Source: Thermoplasmata archaeon (lineage in GTDB: Archaea; Thermoplasmatota; Thermoplasmata; Thermoplasmatales; Thermoplasmataceae). Taken from it: a DNA stretch of 64,000 nt. This document shows positions 46,074 to 56,111 of this stretch, in pieces (the stretch's first letter is position 1; every line of letters starts with the position of its first letter). Location of the stretch: assembly GCA_021818715.1 (NCBI GenBank), contig JAKATN010000003.1, positions 31,093-95,092 on the forward strand. The letters run 5' to 3'. Under the pieces are notes generated by a model that worked only from the letters and a program-made list of their open reading frames with translations, was not told the DNA's origin and searched no databases. The translations under genes were made by a program, and so were the position numbers.

Positions 46074-46328
46074 ATGTGGCCATTTAAAAGAAAAACGAAG
46101 GCTGTTTCCGAACCTGCGAAATCCGCTCCAGAATCCGGCAAGAATCAATCCGCTGGATCTGCCAAGGCACCCCCCAAACCTGCAGCAGCAACTCCTGCAG
46201 CACCGGAACCATCGTCTACTACGCCAGACACTGCAAAACCAAAGAAGACAACCAAATCCACAACCTCTTCAAAGGGATCAGGCAGTAAGGCATCAGGAAC
46301 TAAAAAATCACCTAAGAGCGGAAAATAG
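46074..46328 (+). CDS. Possible low-complexity, Lys/Ser/Pro/Ala/Thr-rich basic protein
   Basis: The 84-aa ORF reads MWPFKRKTKAV...KPKKTTKSTTSSKGSGSKASGTKKSPKSGK. A GGAGG lies about 15 nt upstream. Coding status is uncertain. Confidence 0.25.
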   Translation: MWPFKRKTKAVSEPAKSAPESGKNQSAGSAKAPPKPAAATPAAPEPSSTTPDTAKPKKTTKSTTSSKGSGSKASGTKKSPKSGK

Positions 46329-46395
46329 TATCATTTAACCAGGTCGTCAAATTTTTCAACCTTTAAATTAACAAGACTCTGTTATTCCTCCCTAT

Positions 46396-47034
46396 TCATG
46401 CGATAGTCTGTACAAGGGTAGTTATTCCTTCCACTATAAATGATACTCCGATTGCGGCAATCAGCAATCCCATTATTCTCGACAGCAGCAATGAACCTGT
46501 CCTTCCTATCTTCTCGAATATCCTGACCGAATATACCAGGATCACGAAGGACACTACTAGCACCGCCAGAATGGCAGAAATCACTGCAAACCTTTCATAG
46601 AGCGTGACGCTCTTGAGATTGAAGTATATGATGGAGGTCGTGATCGAACCTGGACCGGCCAGCAGCGGAGTTCCTAGAGGCACCACGCCGATGGAATCCT
46701 TCTGCAGAGATTCCTCCTCTTCAGTTGCAGTGAATTTGGTGTTTGAGGTTTTTCCCTGCATCATGTCAAAGGCCACCTTGAAAACCAGTATACCGCCGGC
46801 AATCTGAAAATCCGAAATATCAATACTCAGCCCCTCGAATATGTAAATCCCGAGCAGCATAAATCCAAAAAGCATTCCTGCCGCCACCATCAGGCTCTTC
46901 TTGATGACCCGCACCCTTTCCTCCCTGGTGTATCCCTCAGTCAGGGAAACAAGGATTGGTACTGCACCTATAGGATTCAGGATTGAGAATATGGCCACAA
47001 ATACGGTCACGAAGAACAGGACTATCTCAAACAT
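46396..47034 (-). CDS. MarC-family (UPF0056) integral membrane protein
   Basis: It has FSILNPIGAVPI near the N-terminus and a 6-TM layout. The upstream extension to 47106 is non-hydrophobic and probably not translated. Confidence 0.8.
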   Translation of the reverse strand: MFEIVLFFVTVFVAIFSILNPIGAVPILVSLTEGYTREERVRVIKKSLMVAAGMLFGFMLLGIYIFEGLSIDISDFQIAGGILVFKVAFDMMQGKTSNTKFTATEEEESLQKDSIGVVPLGTPLLAGPGSITTSIIYFNLKSVTLYERFAVISAILAVLVVSFVILVYSVRIFEKIGRTGSLLLSRIMGLLIAAIGVSFIVEGITTLVQTIA

Positions 47035-47232
47035 CTTTTGAGGGGGAAGTTTCGTTGGTCTCTTAATCCTTTCAGTCCCGAACGTCGCGTAACAGGTCTC
47101 CCTCAATCATGCATTAATAATTCGGGAAAGTGGGGAAATTCCCCTCCAGACCGCAAGGTTGCAGGCAAATCAGCAAGATCAATGAAAATGTTTAAGGGAT
47201 GTTTCCATTAAGTTGCCGGGGACGTTTAAGTC

Positions 47233-49089
47233 ATGTTTATTGGGGACAAGTCTGATTTTGTCAAAGATGGTGATGGTTACAGGGAGATGATAAGCAAGAG
47301 CAGTTTTATCTCCTCCGTGAAATCTTACAACAACCAGGTTGCCGACTCGCTTGAGTCCGACATCATTGAGATCGCAGGGCTTCTCGAACCTGACAGTGTA
47401 TTGGTCATGGATGATGATGATCGCTCTGATCTAATCTACCAGATGCTTGATTCCGGGATGCTGATCAGGCTCAACCAGGAGCATTTTCCTGGCAGTTACC
47501 TGCACAGGAGCAATATCAATGACGTTGCCCGCAGTGAAAAGGACACTTATATTTGCACAGAGGGAACAGACAGGGATGTTGGTCCTACAAATAACTGGCT
47601 GCACACGAAGAAGGCGCTGGAAATTCTCACGCCCATCCTTCGCAGGTCAATGAAGGGAAAGACAATGTATGTTGTCCCGTACTGGCTTGGACCCATTGAA
47701 TCGGAATTCGGCGATGCAGGGGTGGAGATCACAAACAATCCATACGTCGTACTGAATCTCAAGATAATCACAAAGGTGGGTACTCAAATTGCGCATTCTT
47801 TCGCTGCCAAGAACGGGTACGTTCTGGGAGTGCATTCCACCTGCAGCCTCGATGCCAGTGAACGCTACATTTGCCACTTTCCCGAACTCAATAACCGAAA
47901 GGGACTGCTGATTAGCGTCAACACTGACTACGGGGGAAATGCACTTCTCAGCAAGAAGTGCCATGCGCTGAGGATTGCCAGCAGACGGGCCAGAGACGAA
48001 GGCTGGATGGCCGAACACATGATGCTCATTGGGGTGAATGAACCAGGAGGCGGGAAAACCTACATTGCAGGTGCATTTCCCAGCTCCAGCGGAAAGACGA
48101 ACCTTTCGATGATCGATCCTACGCCGGACCTCAAGAAGAAAGGATGGTCCACGGAATTGATAAGCGACGACATCACCTGGATAAATGTAGTCAAAGGAAT
48201 GCCAATGGGTATCAACCCTGAAAGCGGCTTCTTCGGCGTGGTACCGCACACCAGCTACAAAACCAATCCAAATGCAATGAAAACCATAAACAGAGACACT
48301 GTCTTCACCAATGTCGCAGTCGACGCGGAAGGCATCCCATTCTGGGAGGGAAAGGAAGAAAATGTTCCGGTAAGCCTCTGGGACTGGACTGGAAACAGGT
48401 ATGCAGGCAAAGGAAATGCCGCACACCCCAATTCCAGGTTTACAACCTCGGTAAAACAATATCCTTACCTCTCGCGGGAGTTCGACAACCCCGGCGGTGT
48501 ACCAATTTCTGCAATTCTTTATGGCGGGAGGAGGAAAGACCTGATTCCGCTTGTGTTTGAGACATTTTCATGGGACGAGGGCGTACTCATAGGGGCAATG
48601 CAGAGGGTCGAAACTACCGCGGCAACCACCGGCCAGGTGGGAGTACTGAGAAATGATCCCATGGCTATGAGACCGTTTACCGGCTATAACATGGCTGCCT
48701 ATTTCGACCACCATCTGAAGATGGGGGAAAGGATGGAAAGGAAGCCGAGGATTTACAACGTTAACTGGTTCCGTAAGGATGAGACGGGCAAATTTCTCTG
48801 GCCTGGTTACTCTTACAACATGTACGTGCTCAGGTGGATAGTGAACAGGGTGAATGAAAAGACCGGGGCTACGGAGACGCCAATTGGATATGTCCCAAAC
48901 GCGGAAGAGTTTTCAGATATCAACGGGGTATCTGCAGGTACCATTTCTTCCCTGCTTCATGTGGATACGGCCGGATTCAGGAAAGAGCTCGAGGAAGCAG
49001 AGAAATTCTTCCGCTCATTTGGAGATGCATTCCCTGAGAGGCTCTGGCAAGCCTTCCACAATATGAAGGAAAGGATCGAGAGTTACTGA
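47233..49089 (+). CDS. pckG: Phosphoenolpyruvate carboxykinase (GTP)
   Basis: It has GGNALLSKKCHALRIAS, the kinase-1a loop AFPSSSGKTNLSM, HPNSRFT and the NWF motif. Confidence 0.95.
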   Translation: MFIGDKSDFVKDGDGYREMISKSSFISSVKSYNNQVADSLESDIIEIAGLLEPDSVLVMDDDDRSDLIYQMLDSGMLIRLNQEHFPGSYLHRSNINDVARSEKDTYICTEGTDRDVGPTNNWLHTKKALEILTPILRRSMKGKTMYVVPYWLGPIESEFGDAGVEITNNPYVVLNLKIITKVGTQIAHSFAAKNGYVLGVHSTCSLDASERYICHFPELNNRKGLLISVNTDYGGNALLSKKCHALRIASRRARDEGWMAEHMMLIGVNEPGGGKTYIAGAFPSSSGKTNLSMIDPTPDLKKKGWSTELISDDITWINVVKGMPMGINPESGFFGVVPHTSYKTNPNAMKTINRDTVFTNVAVDAEGIPFWEGKEENVPVSLWDWTGNRYAGKGNAAHPNSRFTTSVKQYPYLSREFDNPGGVPISAILYGGRRKDLIPLVFETFSWDEGVLIGAMQRVETTAATTGQVGVLRNDPMAMRPFTGYNMAAYFDHHLKMGERMERKPRIYNVNWFRKDETGKFLWPGYSYNMYVLRWIVNRVNEKTGATETPIGYVPNAEEFSDINGVSAGTISSLLHVDTAGFRKELEEAEKFFRSFGDAFPERLWQAFHNMKERIESY

Positions 49090-49211
49090 GCTATTTCTGA
49101 TCCGGTAGATGTACCGTTTGCCGAGAGATTGGCTATGATACTTCATTAGCTGTCAAACCTGTTACCAAATGTTTATTATTTGAATGGGATTCCATTGCCC
49201 GGTGAAATTAT

Positions 49212-49913
49212 ATGCAACAGGGACAAATGGCCTACGATCGTGCAATCACGGTGTTCTCGCCTGATGGCAGGTTGTTTCAGGTAGAGTACGCCAGAGAAGC
49301 AGTCAAGAAAGGTTCAACTGCACTTGGGATTAAGTTCAAGAACGGAGTGGCCCTGATTTCAGAAAAGAGAGTAAGGAGCAGATTGGTGGAACAGAATTCT
49401 GTGGAAAAAATACAGCTTATTGATGATTTTGTCGCCACTGTTACGTCTGGGCTTGTTGCTGATGCAAGAGTCCTGATTGACTATTCTAGAGTAGCAGCCC
49501 AGCAGGAAAAGGTCACGTACGGAAGGATGGTCAATCTCGAGAGCCTCGTAAAAAAGGTCGCTGATCAGATGCAACAGTATACCCAGTATGGAGGAGTCCG
49601 TCCCTACGGTGTTTCGATGATCTTCGCCGGAATGGATCAGATTGGACCCAGGGTGTTTGACTGTGATCCCGCCGGCACGATCAACGAGTACAAGGCTGTT
49701 GTCGTTGGCGCTGGAAAGGATCAGGTTACCGCATATCTTGAGCAGAAATATTCAGAGGACTTGAAGGAATCCGAGGCCATTTCGCTGGCAATCGCAGCTC
49801 TGAAGACATCACAGGAAGAGGAAGCTGCGAAATCTGTTCCGGAGGTCGCTGCTGTTACATCTGGCAACAAGTACAGGGTTTACGGCCGGGACGAAGTCTC
49901 GAAGTTAATGTGA
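49212..49913 (+). CDS. psmA: Proteasome subunit alpha
   Basis: It has [32 protein letters not shown]. Confidence 0.95.
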   Translation: MQQGQMAYDRAITVFSPDGRLFQVEYAREAVKKGSTALGIKFKNGVALISEKRVRSRLVEQNSVEKIQLIDDFVATVTSGLVADARVLIDYSRVAAQQEKVTYGRMVNLESLVKKVADQMQQYTQYGGVRPYGVSMIFAGMDQIGPRVFDCDPAGTINEYKAVVVGAGKDQVTAYLEQKYSEDLKESEAISLAIAALKTSQEEEAAKSVPEVAAVTSGNKYRVYGRDEVSKLM

Positions 49914-50044
49914 ATTCTCCCCGTTTTTAAATCGGATGCCGAGTGGCCCACGTTAAGCTAGGGCCATAAATTTCTTACCCATCCCTTTGACTTTGTGCAG
50001 TATGAGTAGCAAAATATTTGTAATAGCAGGGTGATCAAAGGCGG

Positions 50045-50884
50045 ATGAGTTACGAAGCTGAAATCAGCAGAACAAATCCCTCACTAGTTGTGTTCATGAT
50101 TGATCAATCCAGATCCATGAGCCATAAGATACCGGGCAGCGACAATTCCAAGGCCAGAGAAGGTGCAGATGCAATAAACAGGCAGATTGGAGAATTTATA
50201 GGCCGGTGTACTAAGGCAGACGGCATCAGAGATTACTTCTATATCTCCGTCATAGGGTATGGGTTCCGCGCTGGAACTGCACAGGCAATTCTTAAGGGAG
50301 ACCCGGTGCAGCCAATTTCTGCACTCGCAAACAATCCGTTGAGGACTGAGAAGAGGGTTACCAAAGTATCTGACGGCGAGGGCGGGTTGATAGACGTTGA
50401 TTATGAGCTGGGGATATGGTTTGATCCGGTAGCCGCAAGCGACACCCCGATGGTCCATGCGCTCAAGCTTGCCAGGGATATGGTTAAAGACTGGGTGGAA
50501 AAGAGACCTGACACCTACCCTCCAATCGTGATCAACATTTCTGACGGGCAGGCCACAGACGGCGATCCAACGGAACTGGCCAAGGAGATAATGAATATTG
50601 CTTCCACGGACGGGAATACGCTTCTCTGGAATTGCCATGTCTCGAGTTCACCGGGCACTCCCATTACGTTCCCTTCCAACCCAGAGGGGCTGCCAGATGA
50701 TAAATACGCGAGGATTCTCTTTGATATTTCCAGCCCGCTCCCGGAGCAGTACATGGGTTACGCAAGGGAAATGTCCTACAACATATCGGAAGGCGCCAGA
50801 AGCTATGTGTATAACGCCCAGCTTGAACAGCTCATCCAGTTCATTGACATCGGCACCAGAGGACCTTCCGGACAGATGCAGTAA
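50045..50884 (+). CDS. von Willebrand factor A (vWA) domain protein, TerY-like
   Basis: The MIDAS motif D-x-S-x-S occurs in VVFMIDQSRSMS (50102..50116), followed by ISVIGYG and NISDGQATDG. Confidence 0.8.
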   Translation: MSYEAEISRTNPSLVVFMIDQSRSMSHKIPGSDNSKAREGADAINRQIGEFIGRCTKADGIRDYFYISVIGYGFRAGTAQAILKGDPVQPISALANNPLRTEKRVTKVSDGEGGLIDVDYELGIWFDPVAASDTPMVHALKLARDMVKDWVEKRPDTYPPIVINISDGQATDGDPTELAKEIMNIASTDGNTLLWNCHVSSSPGTPITFPSNPEGLPDDKYARILFDISSPLPEQYMGYAREMSYNISEGARSYVYNAQLEQLIQFIDIGTRGPSGQMQ

Positions 50885-51601
50885 TTGACCTCCGTCCGGT
50901 ATCTCTCAGTCCCGAAGGTCGGGAACCGCCCCAACGAGAACGAGGATTCGTTCGCCTTTTCCGAAGATCGGGGGATATTTGCCGTTTCAGATGGCGCCAG
51001 CGATTCGAGTTTCGCCGGGCAATGGGCAAGGGCCCTCACGGCCACATTTTCTGAGATAGGGGGAGTTCATGAAAGCGGGGATTTCATAACTCTCGTAAAG
51101 AGAAGCAGGGAGATATGGAAGAAAAGCGTGGACTGGGGATCGCTACCATGGTTCGTGAAAAACAAGGTAACAGGCGGTGCTTACGCAACCTTTCTCGGCG
51201 TTCATGTCAATACTTCCCTTTACGAGTTCACCGTGACTTTTGTTGGAGACTCGTGCCTGTTCCATCTGGATGAATCCGGGTACACGGTCTACCCCAACAT
51301 GAAGCCCGAGGATTTTAAGTTCAACCCCAAGTTGATCTGGAGCGGGTATGGGTACCCCTCCCTGGAAAAGGTGTCTCCAATAAAGACTGAGGCCTCCATT
51401 GCAAGGAGGAAATGGAAGAACGGAGATTCGTTCATCCTCGCCACGGATGCCATGTCAAAATGGCTTCTTGAAGATGATCCGATGGAAAAGATAGCCTCAG
51501 TGATTGAAGGATTCGATACCTTCGGGGAGAAGGTCGATCAGCTTAGAAAGGAGAAGATCATGAGGAATGACGACGTTACCGTCATGCTGCTTAACCCCTG
51601 A
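50885..51601 (+). CDS. PP2C-family Ser/Thr phosphatase-like protein
   Basis: It has NEDSFAF, AVSDGASDS, LATDAM and the C-terminal NDDVTVMLL. The TTG start follows the vWA stop codon with no gap. Confidence 0.7.
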   Translation: MTSVRYLSVPKVGNRPNENEDSFAFSEDRGIFAVSDGASDSSFAGQWARALTATFSEIGGVHESGDFITLVKRSREIWKKSVDWGSLPWFVKNKVTGGAYATFLGVHVNTSLYEFTVTFVGDSCLFHLDESGYTVYPNMKPEDFKFNPKLIWSGYGYPSLEKVSPIKTEASIARRKWKNGDSFILATDAMSKWLLEDDPMEKIASVIEGFDTFGEKVDQLRKEKIMRNDDVTVMLLNP

Positions 51602-51604
51602 AAA

Positions 51605-53323
51605 TCAGACCTTAAGGATCCTTTCCGGGGAAATCTGGTCCCACAGGGGTTCATGGTCGATCGCCTTGTAAACCAGGTTTGATAACTTTCCAACAATACC
51701 ATTCTGCTTCGTCAGCTCCCCGATGAGCGGCGAGCTGCCTGGGTCCCTGAAATCGTTATGCCGGAATACGAGGCAGTCATAATCGCCCTTGTTGTACCTG
51801 TTCCAGAGCTCAGGCTTGGAGGAAACGGCCAGCAGGGAAGTATAGATGATCAGGCTTGAAAAATTGTCAAGATCCTCGGAAAAATGGATTATGGATCGAT
51901 CAGGGTGCTGGAAATGCTCGTGCCCCTTTTCCGGAGCCTTTTCACCGCGGAAGGCGGGAACGTACATTCCGTCATAATCAATAAGCGCGATGCTGTCCTT
52001 CGGTGTGACGATTATGTTGTCGCCTGCAAGGTCCCCGTGAGATATCCCGAGCCTGTGGAGTTTTGCTGAAGTTTCCAGGAACTGCTGTGCCAGGTTTTTC
52101 AGGACCGATTGTTTCTTCACATTTGCCGTAATGAAGCTGTTCAGTACGGAACCTTCGATCCAGTCCATTTTAAGAACCGGGTAAAAGAAGGAGGGATCCT
52201 TCATCGTCCTCACGCACTGGTTCAGGTACTGAAAATTCTTAAGTGCTTCAATATTGTATTTTCCCTGTATTTCCTTAAGGTATCTGCTTATCTCATAGTA
52301 TCGGCGCTGTATGTCCTGGCTGGACTTGGTAAAGCATTTTATGGCGTATGGCAGCCCGCCAACATCCATCTTGAATATTGTTCCGTAGTTCCCGCTGGAA
52401 TAGACTATGTTTCCGGGCACGTTGACATTCGGGTTGCTGAGTACTTTTCCCGCCTTTATATCCGGATATTTTGCCGAAATGGAGAACTTGAGATTCTGGA
52501 AGGCCCTCTGGTAATCTCCCTGGGATGGCCATGTCTTGATTACCTTGAAGCTTGCCTGCTGGGGCTGGGATGGCTGTGAAACCGCAGGTTTATACCCGAA
52601 CTGGTTGTCATTCTTGGTTGCTGGCTGTTTCGGTGTCTGCGCCATTTTTGACTGAGACGGCGGTATTGTTGCCGTTATAGGTGACGTGTTGACGGGCGAG
52701 GATCTGGCAGGAGCAGGAGTGGGAGGCTGGCTGTTCTGTTTAGCCGCAGTCTGTGCTGAGGGCGAGTTACTGGCCTGTTTGGGTGCAACCTGCTGAACAG
52801 GTACCGTTGAAGGTTTTGGTCCACTGAATTCATAAAACATTGCCAGCCCAAACAGAACTATGCCGATCATCATGAAATATGCGGAAATTACTGGCAAGGC
52901 CAGTGAAATGGAAATTGTCAGCAAGGGGATAATGGCAACCCAGGCCTGGTATCTCTTCCTGGAGATATCGTATCCCACTGCGAAAACAAACAGGATGGTT
53001 GAAAACAGATATCCAAGCACTATCTCCGAAAACGTGGGGGAGGCGACATAAAGCATGCCGATAAAAAGAAGGTACACCCCGGATAACCCTGCTGTTTTCC
53101 CCCGACCCCTGATTTCCCTGCTTGTGTAAAGGAAGATGGTGAACGCCGCGGCTGCTATCCCTCCCAGGGCAACGGTAAGGTACGGATATGCAGTCCAGAG
53201 GAAATCTGCAATGTCGACCACAATATATCCCGGAATTGAGAATACGAGGACAAGTGCCATGAGGGCGATAAACAGCCTTAGCCGAAGTTTCATCTTGCGG
53301 AGCGATAAGTATGCCACAGGCAT
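51605..53323 (-). CDS. Membrane-anchored eukaryotic-like Ser/Thr protein kinase
   Basis: It has about 5-6 N-terminal TM helices, then a P/Q/S/A-rich linker. The kinase domain has YAIKCF (VAIK Lys), HGDLAGDNIIV (catalytic loop) and IDYDG (DFG-like). Confidence 0.8.
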   Translation of the reverse strand: MPVAYLSLRKMKLRLRLFIALMALVLVFSIPGYIVVDIADFLWTAYPYLTVALGGIAAAAFTIFLYTSREIRGRGKTAGLSGVYLLFIGMLYVASPTFSEIVLGYLFSTILFVFAVGYDISRKRYQAWVAIIPLLTISISLALPVISAYFMMIGIVLFGLAMFYEFSGPKPSTVPVQQVAPKQASNSPSAQTAAKQNSQPPTPAPARSSPVNTSPITATIPPSQSKMAQTPKQPATKNDNQFGYKPAVSQPSQPQQASFKVIKTWPSQGDYQRAFQNLKFSISAKYPDIKAGKVLSNPNVNVPGNIVYSSGNYGTIFKMDVGGLPYAIKCFTKSSQDIQRRYYEISRYLKEIQGKYNIEALKNFQYLNQCVRTMKDPSFFYPVLKMDWIEGSVLNSFITANVKKQSVLKNLAQQFLETSAKLHRLGISHGDLAGDNIIVTPKDSIALIDYDGMYVPAFRGEKAPEKGHEHFQHPDRSIIHFSEDLDNFSSLIIYTSLLAVSSKPELWNRYNKGDYDCLVFRHNDFRDPGSSPLIGELTKQNGIVGKLSNLVYKAIDHEPLWDQISPERILKV

Positions 53324-53380
53324 TAAAGGTTTCTTATGCTGGAATCAAAGCGTTTTTTAAAGGAATAAACATATATTTCC

Positions 53381-54076
53381 ATGGTCAGGGTGGAAGATGC
53401 CATAGTCGCACGTCTTGAGTCCCATGGTCACAAATTCGAGATACTCATTGATCCAGCCTCCGCAGACAGGATAAGATCAGGCGAGATTGATCTAGACCGG
53501 GATCTTGCGATAGATCAGGTTTTCAAGGACGCACGCAAGGGCGAAAAGATAGGTAACGACACCTTGATGGAAGTATTCAAGACCACTGACCTCAAGGAAG
53601 TCGTAACTGCCATAGTCAGGAAGGGGCAGATACAACTCACCACGGAGCAGAGGAGGGAGATGCTTGACCGAAAAACAAAGCAGATCATCAACATCATTTC
53701 CCGCGAAAGCCTGAACCCGCAGACCAATCTGCCCAACCCTCCGAACAGGATTGCACAGGCGATGGAGGAGGCGAAGGTGCATATTGACCCTTTCAAGTCG
53801 GTGGAGGAGCAGATGCAGGTTGTCCTTAAGGCAATCAGGCCACTGATCCCGATAAAGATGGAAAAGAGCAAGATTGCCGTGAAACTGAAGGGGGATGCTT
53901 ATGGAAAACTGTATGGTGATATTGCCAAGAGCGGGTACCTTCAGAAGGAAGAGTGGGGGAATGACGGAAGCTGGATTGGCATGCTGGAAGTTCCCTCCGG
54001 AATCATGGGGGAATACATAGATCACCTGTCGAACAAGGCCAAGGAGAATATCGAAGTACGCATTCTCAAACAGTGA
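53381..54076 (+). CDS. sdo1: SBDS-family ribosome maturation protein (Sdo1)
   Basis: It has [26 protein letters not shown] and [12 protein letters not shown], plus a C-terminal ferredoxin-like domain. Confidence 0.9.
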   Translation: MVRVEDAIVARLESHGHKFEILIDPASADRIRSGEIDLDRDLAIDQVFKDARKGEKIGNDTLMEVFKTTDLKEVVTAIVRKGQIQLTTEQRREMLDRKTKQIINIISRESLNPQTNLPNPPNRIAQAMEEAKVHIDPFKSVEEQMQVVLKAIRPLIPIKMEKSKIAVKLKGDAYGKLYGDIAKSGYLQKEEWGNDGSWIGMLEVPSGIMGEYIDHLSNKAKENIEVRILKQ

Positions 54077-54094
54077 GTTCCCGTATCCTGGCTG

Positions 54095-55111
54095 TTGGGA
54101 TTGACAGAACTTGCACAAAACCGCAGGTTGATTATCCTCGTTCTGGCTATTGCGACGCCCGGAATTCCTGAGTATCTCACCGGGTCTTCAAATTTTTCAG
54201 AAATTGTCTTTTCCCCACCGTCCTTTTTTGTGACCCTTTTTTTTAACATAGGGATGTACACTGCTGGAGCACTCCTGATCAGGGAGTTCTCAGTTAGATT
54301 CGGGAAGGGATGGGTATCCATACTCCTTCTGGGCTGTGCCTACGGGATCATGGAGGAAGGGATAGCGGTCCACTCCTTCTTCCTGTCCTCCACAGACAGC
54401 ATTGCCTCGACCCTGGCAGTGTATGGCAGGTTTGCCGGGGTGGATTGGTCCCTGGTGCTGGGAATAGATCTGTTCCATTCAATATTCAGCATTGCCCTGC
54501 CTTTGCTTCTGCTGAAGCTGGCTTATCCTGAAATTTCCGGCAAACCACTGCTGGGAAAGCGCGGGTTGCCGCTGACCCTTATCGTTTACCTGGCGGATAT
54601 TGCACTGATCAATTTCTCTCAGATATCCGTAACGGGAAGTGCCCCGACTCCGGGCGAATATTTACTGTTTATTGCTGCTGCCATTGTTCTGGTAATGATT
54701 GCCTATATAGTCCCATCTGGCTTCGGCATGCACACAGGGATCGGATCGGCCTGGCCGGCAGGGAGATTCTATGATCTTGGGATCGTTGTATTTCCAGTCT
54801 ATATTTTTTATGCATTCCTGATCCCTAATCTGTCCGGAGGGTTGATTCCACCATTCGTGGATGCGATTCTCTATGCAGGATCATACCTGTTATTGCTCGC
54901 CACACTTATCCGCCATCTCCCTGTTCATGGGAACGAGCTTTTGATCAAGAATTTTGCCCTTGGCCTTGTAATTGGCCTGCTCTTTATATCTGCATTCGAG
55001 GAGATATTCCTGATTTCACCTTTGATTGTTGTGCCAATGGTCATCGCAATTTACATGATGAACAGGCTGAACAGATCCGTGAAAGAGAGATGGAAATCTG
55101 ATAGTAAATGA
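54095..55111 (+). CDS. Polytopic membrane protein, unknown function
   Basis: The 338-aa ORF has about 8 hydrophobic helices and a TTG start. No family is recognised. Confidence 0.45.
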   Translation: MGLTELAQNRRLIILVLAIATPGIPEYLTGSSNFSEIVFSPPSFFVTLFFNIGMYTAGALLIREFSVRFGKGWVSILLLGCAYGIMEEGIAVHSFFLSSTDSIASTLAVYGRFAGVDWSLVLGIDLFHSIFSIALPLLLLKLAYPEISGKPLLGKRGLPLTLIVYLADIALINFSQISVTGSAPTPGEYLLFIAAAIVLVMIAYIVPSGFGMHTGIGSAWPAGRFYDLGIVVFPVYIFYAFLIPNLSGGLIPPFVDAILYAGSYLLLLATLIRHLPVHGNELLIKNFALGLVIGLLFISAFEEIFLISPLIVVPMVIAIYMMNRLNRSVKERWKSDSK

Positions 55112-55181
55112 AATAATCAATTTCTGCTGCGCCTCATAAAAAAACAGATAAATATCGCCAACGCATCCCAAACTTTCCGGT

Positions 55182-56111
55182 ATGCATATGAGGATTCTGA
55201 TAGCACTTGGAGGAAATGCACTTATTTCGGAGAATGCTGAGAGGACCTACGAAGCCCAGTTCAACGTCGCCCGGCAGGCAATGGCCAAGCTGAACGGCAT
55301 TCTGCAGGACAATGAGGTTGTGGTGACCCATGGGAACGGCCCCCAGGTGGGGGATATCCTCTTGCGGAACGAACAGCCGGCGGATGGGGTACCGGCCATG
55401 CCTCTGCATGCATGCGGGTCAATGTCACAGGGGCTGATATCAGAGATTATATCAAATGCCTATAATTCCGTCACCAAGACTGGCAAGCAGATTGTGTCGG
55501 TTTTTTCAAGGTCGCTTGTCTCTGCCGATGATCCTGCCTTTGCTTCCCCGTCGAAGCCGATAGGTAGGTTTTACAAGGAGAACGAGGCCAGGGGGCTTGC
55601 CGAGAAGTACCATTGGTCCCTGGTCAACAGCAAGAACGGGACCTGGAGACGGGTGGTTCCATCCCCGATGCCATTGAGAATACTGGAAGAAAATGCGGTG
55701 CTCGAACTACTCAGGAATAAATTTATCCCCATCAGTGCCGGCGGTGGCGGGACTCCCGTAATTGAAAGAAACGGAATGATTGAGGGCGTCGAGGCTGTGA
55801 TCGACAAGGACCTCGCATCCTCGGTGCTGGCAAAGGGAATAGGGTGCCAAAAACTCATAATTTTAACCGACGTGAAGGGTGCATACAGGAATTATGGGAC
55901 GCCCGAGTCTGAGTTGATCGGCAGGATAACAGTGTCTGAGGCTGAAGAACTTTCCAGGCGTGGTGAATTCTGGTCCGGGAGCATGGGGCCCAAGGTCAGG
56001 GCGTCTGTGCTGTTCATCAGGGGTGGCGGAAAGGAGGCCGTTATAGCCTCTCTAGATGATGCTGCTGAAGCCGTTAGCGGAAGGTCTGGAACCGTTATAG
56101 TTCCGGATTGA
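55182..56111 (+). CDS. arcC: Carbamate kinase
   Basis: It has RILIALGGNAL, VVTHGNGPQVG and GGGGTPV. Confidence 0.92.
   Translation: MHMRILIALGGNALISENAERTYEAQFNVARQAMAKLNGILQDNEVVVTHGNGPQVGDILLRNEQPADGVPAMPLHACGSMSQGLISEIISNAYNSVTKTGKQIVSVFSRSLVSADDPAFASPSKPIGRFYKENEARGLAEKYHWSLVNSKNGTWRRVVPSPMPLRILEENAVLELLRNKFIPISAGGGGTPVIERNGMIEGVEAVIDKDLASSVLAKGIGCQKLIILTDVKGAYRNYGTPESELIGRITVSEAEELSRRGEFWSGSMGPKVRASVLFIRGGGKEAVIASLDDAAEAVSGRSGTVIVPD

Noticed and set aside
45841-46338. A 165-aa ORF spanning the tRNA-Glu gene, plus minus-strand ORFs 45758..45940 and 45852..46148.
   Set aside because: They read straight through a well-folded tRNA gene and so are artefacts. Only the downstream 84-aa frame is kept, as a low-confidence possibility.
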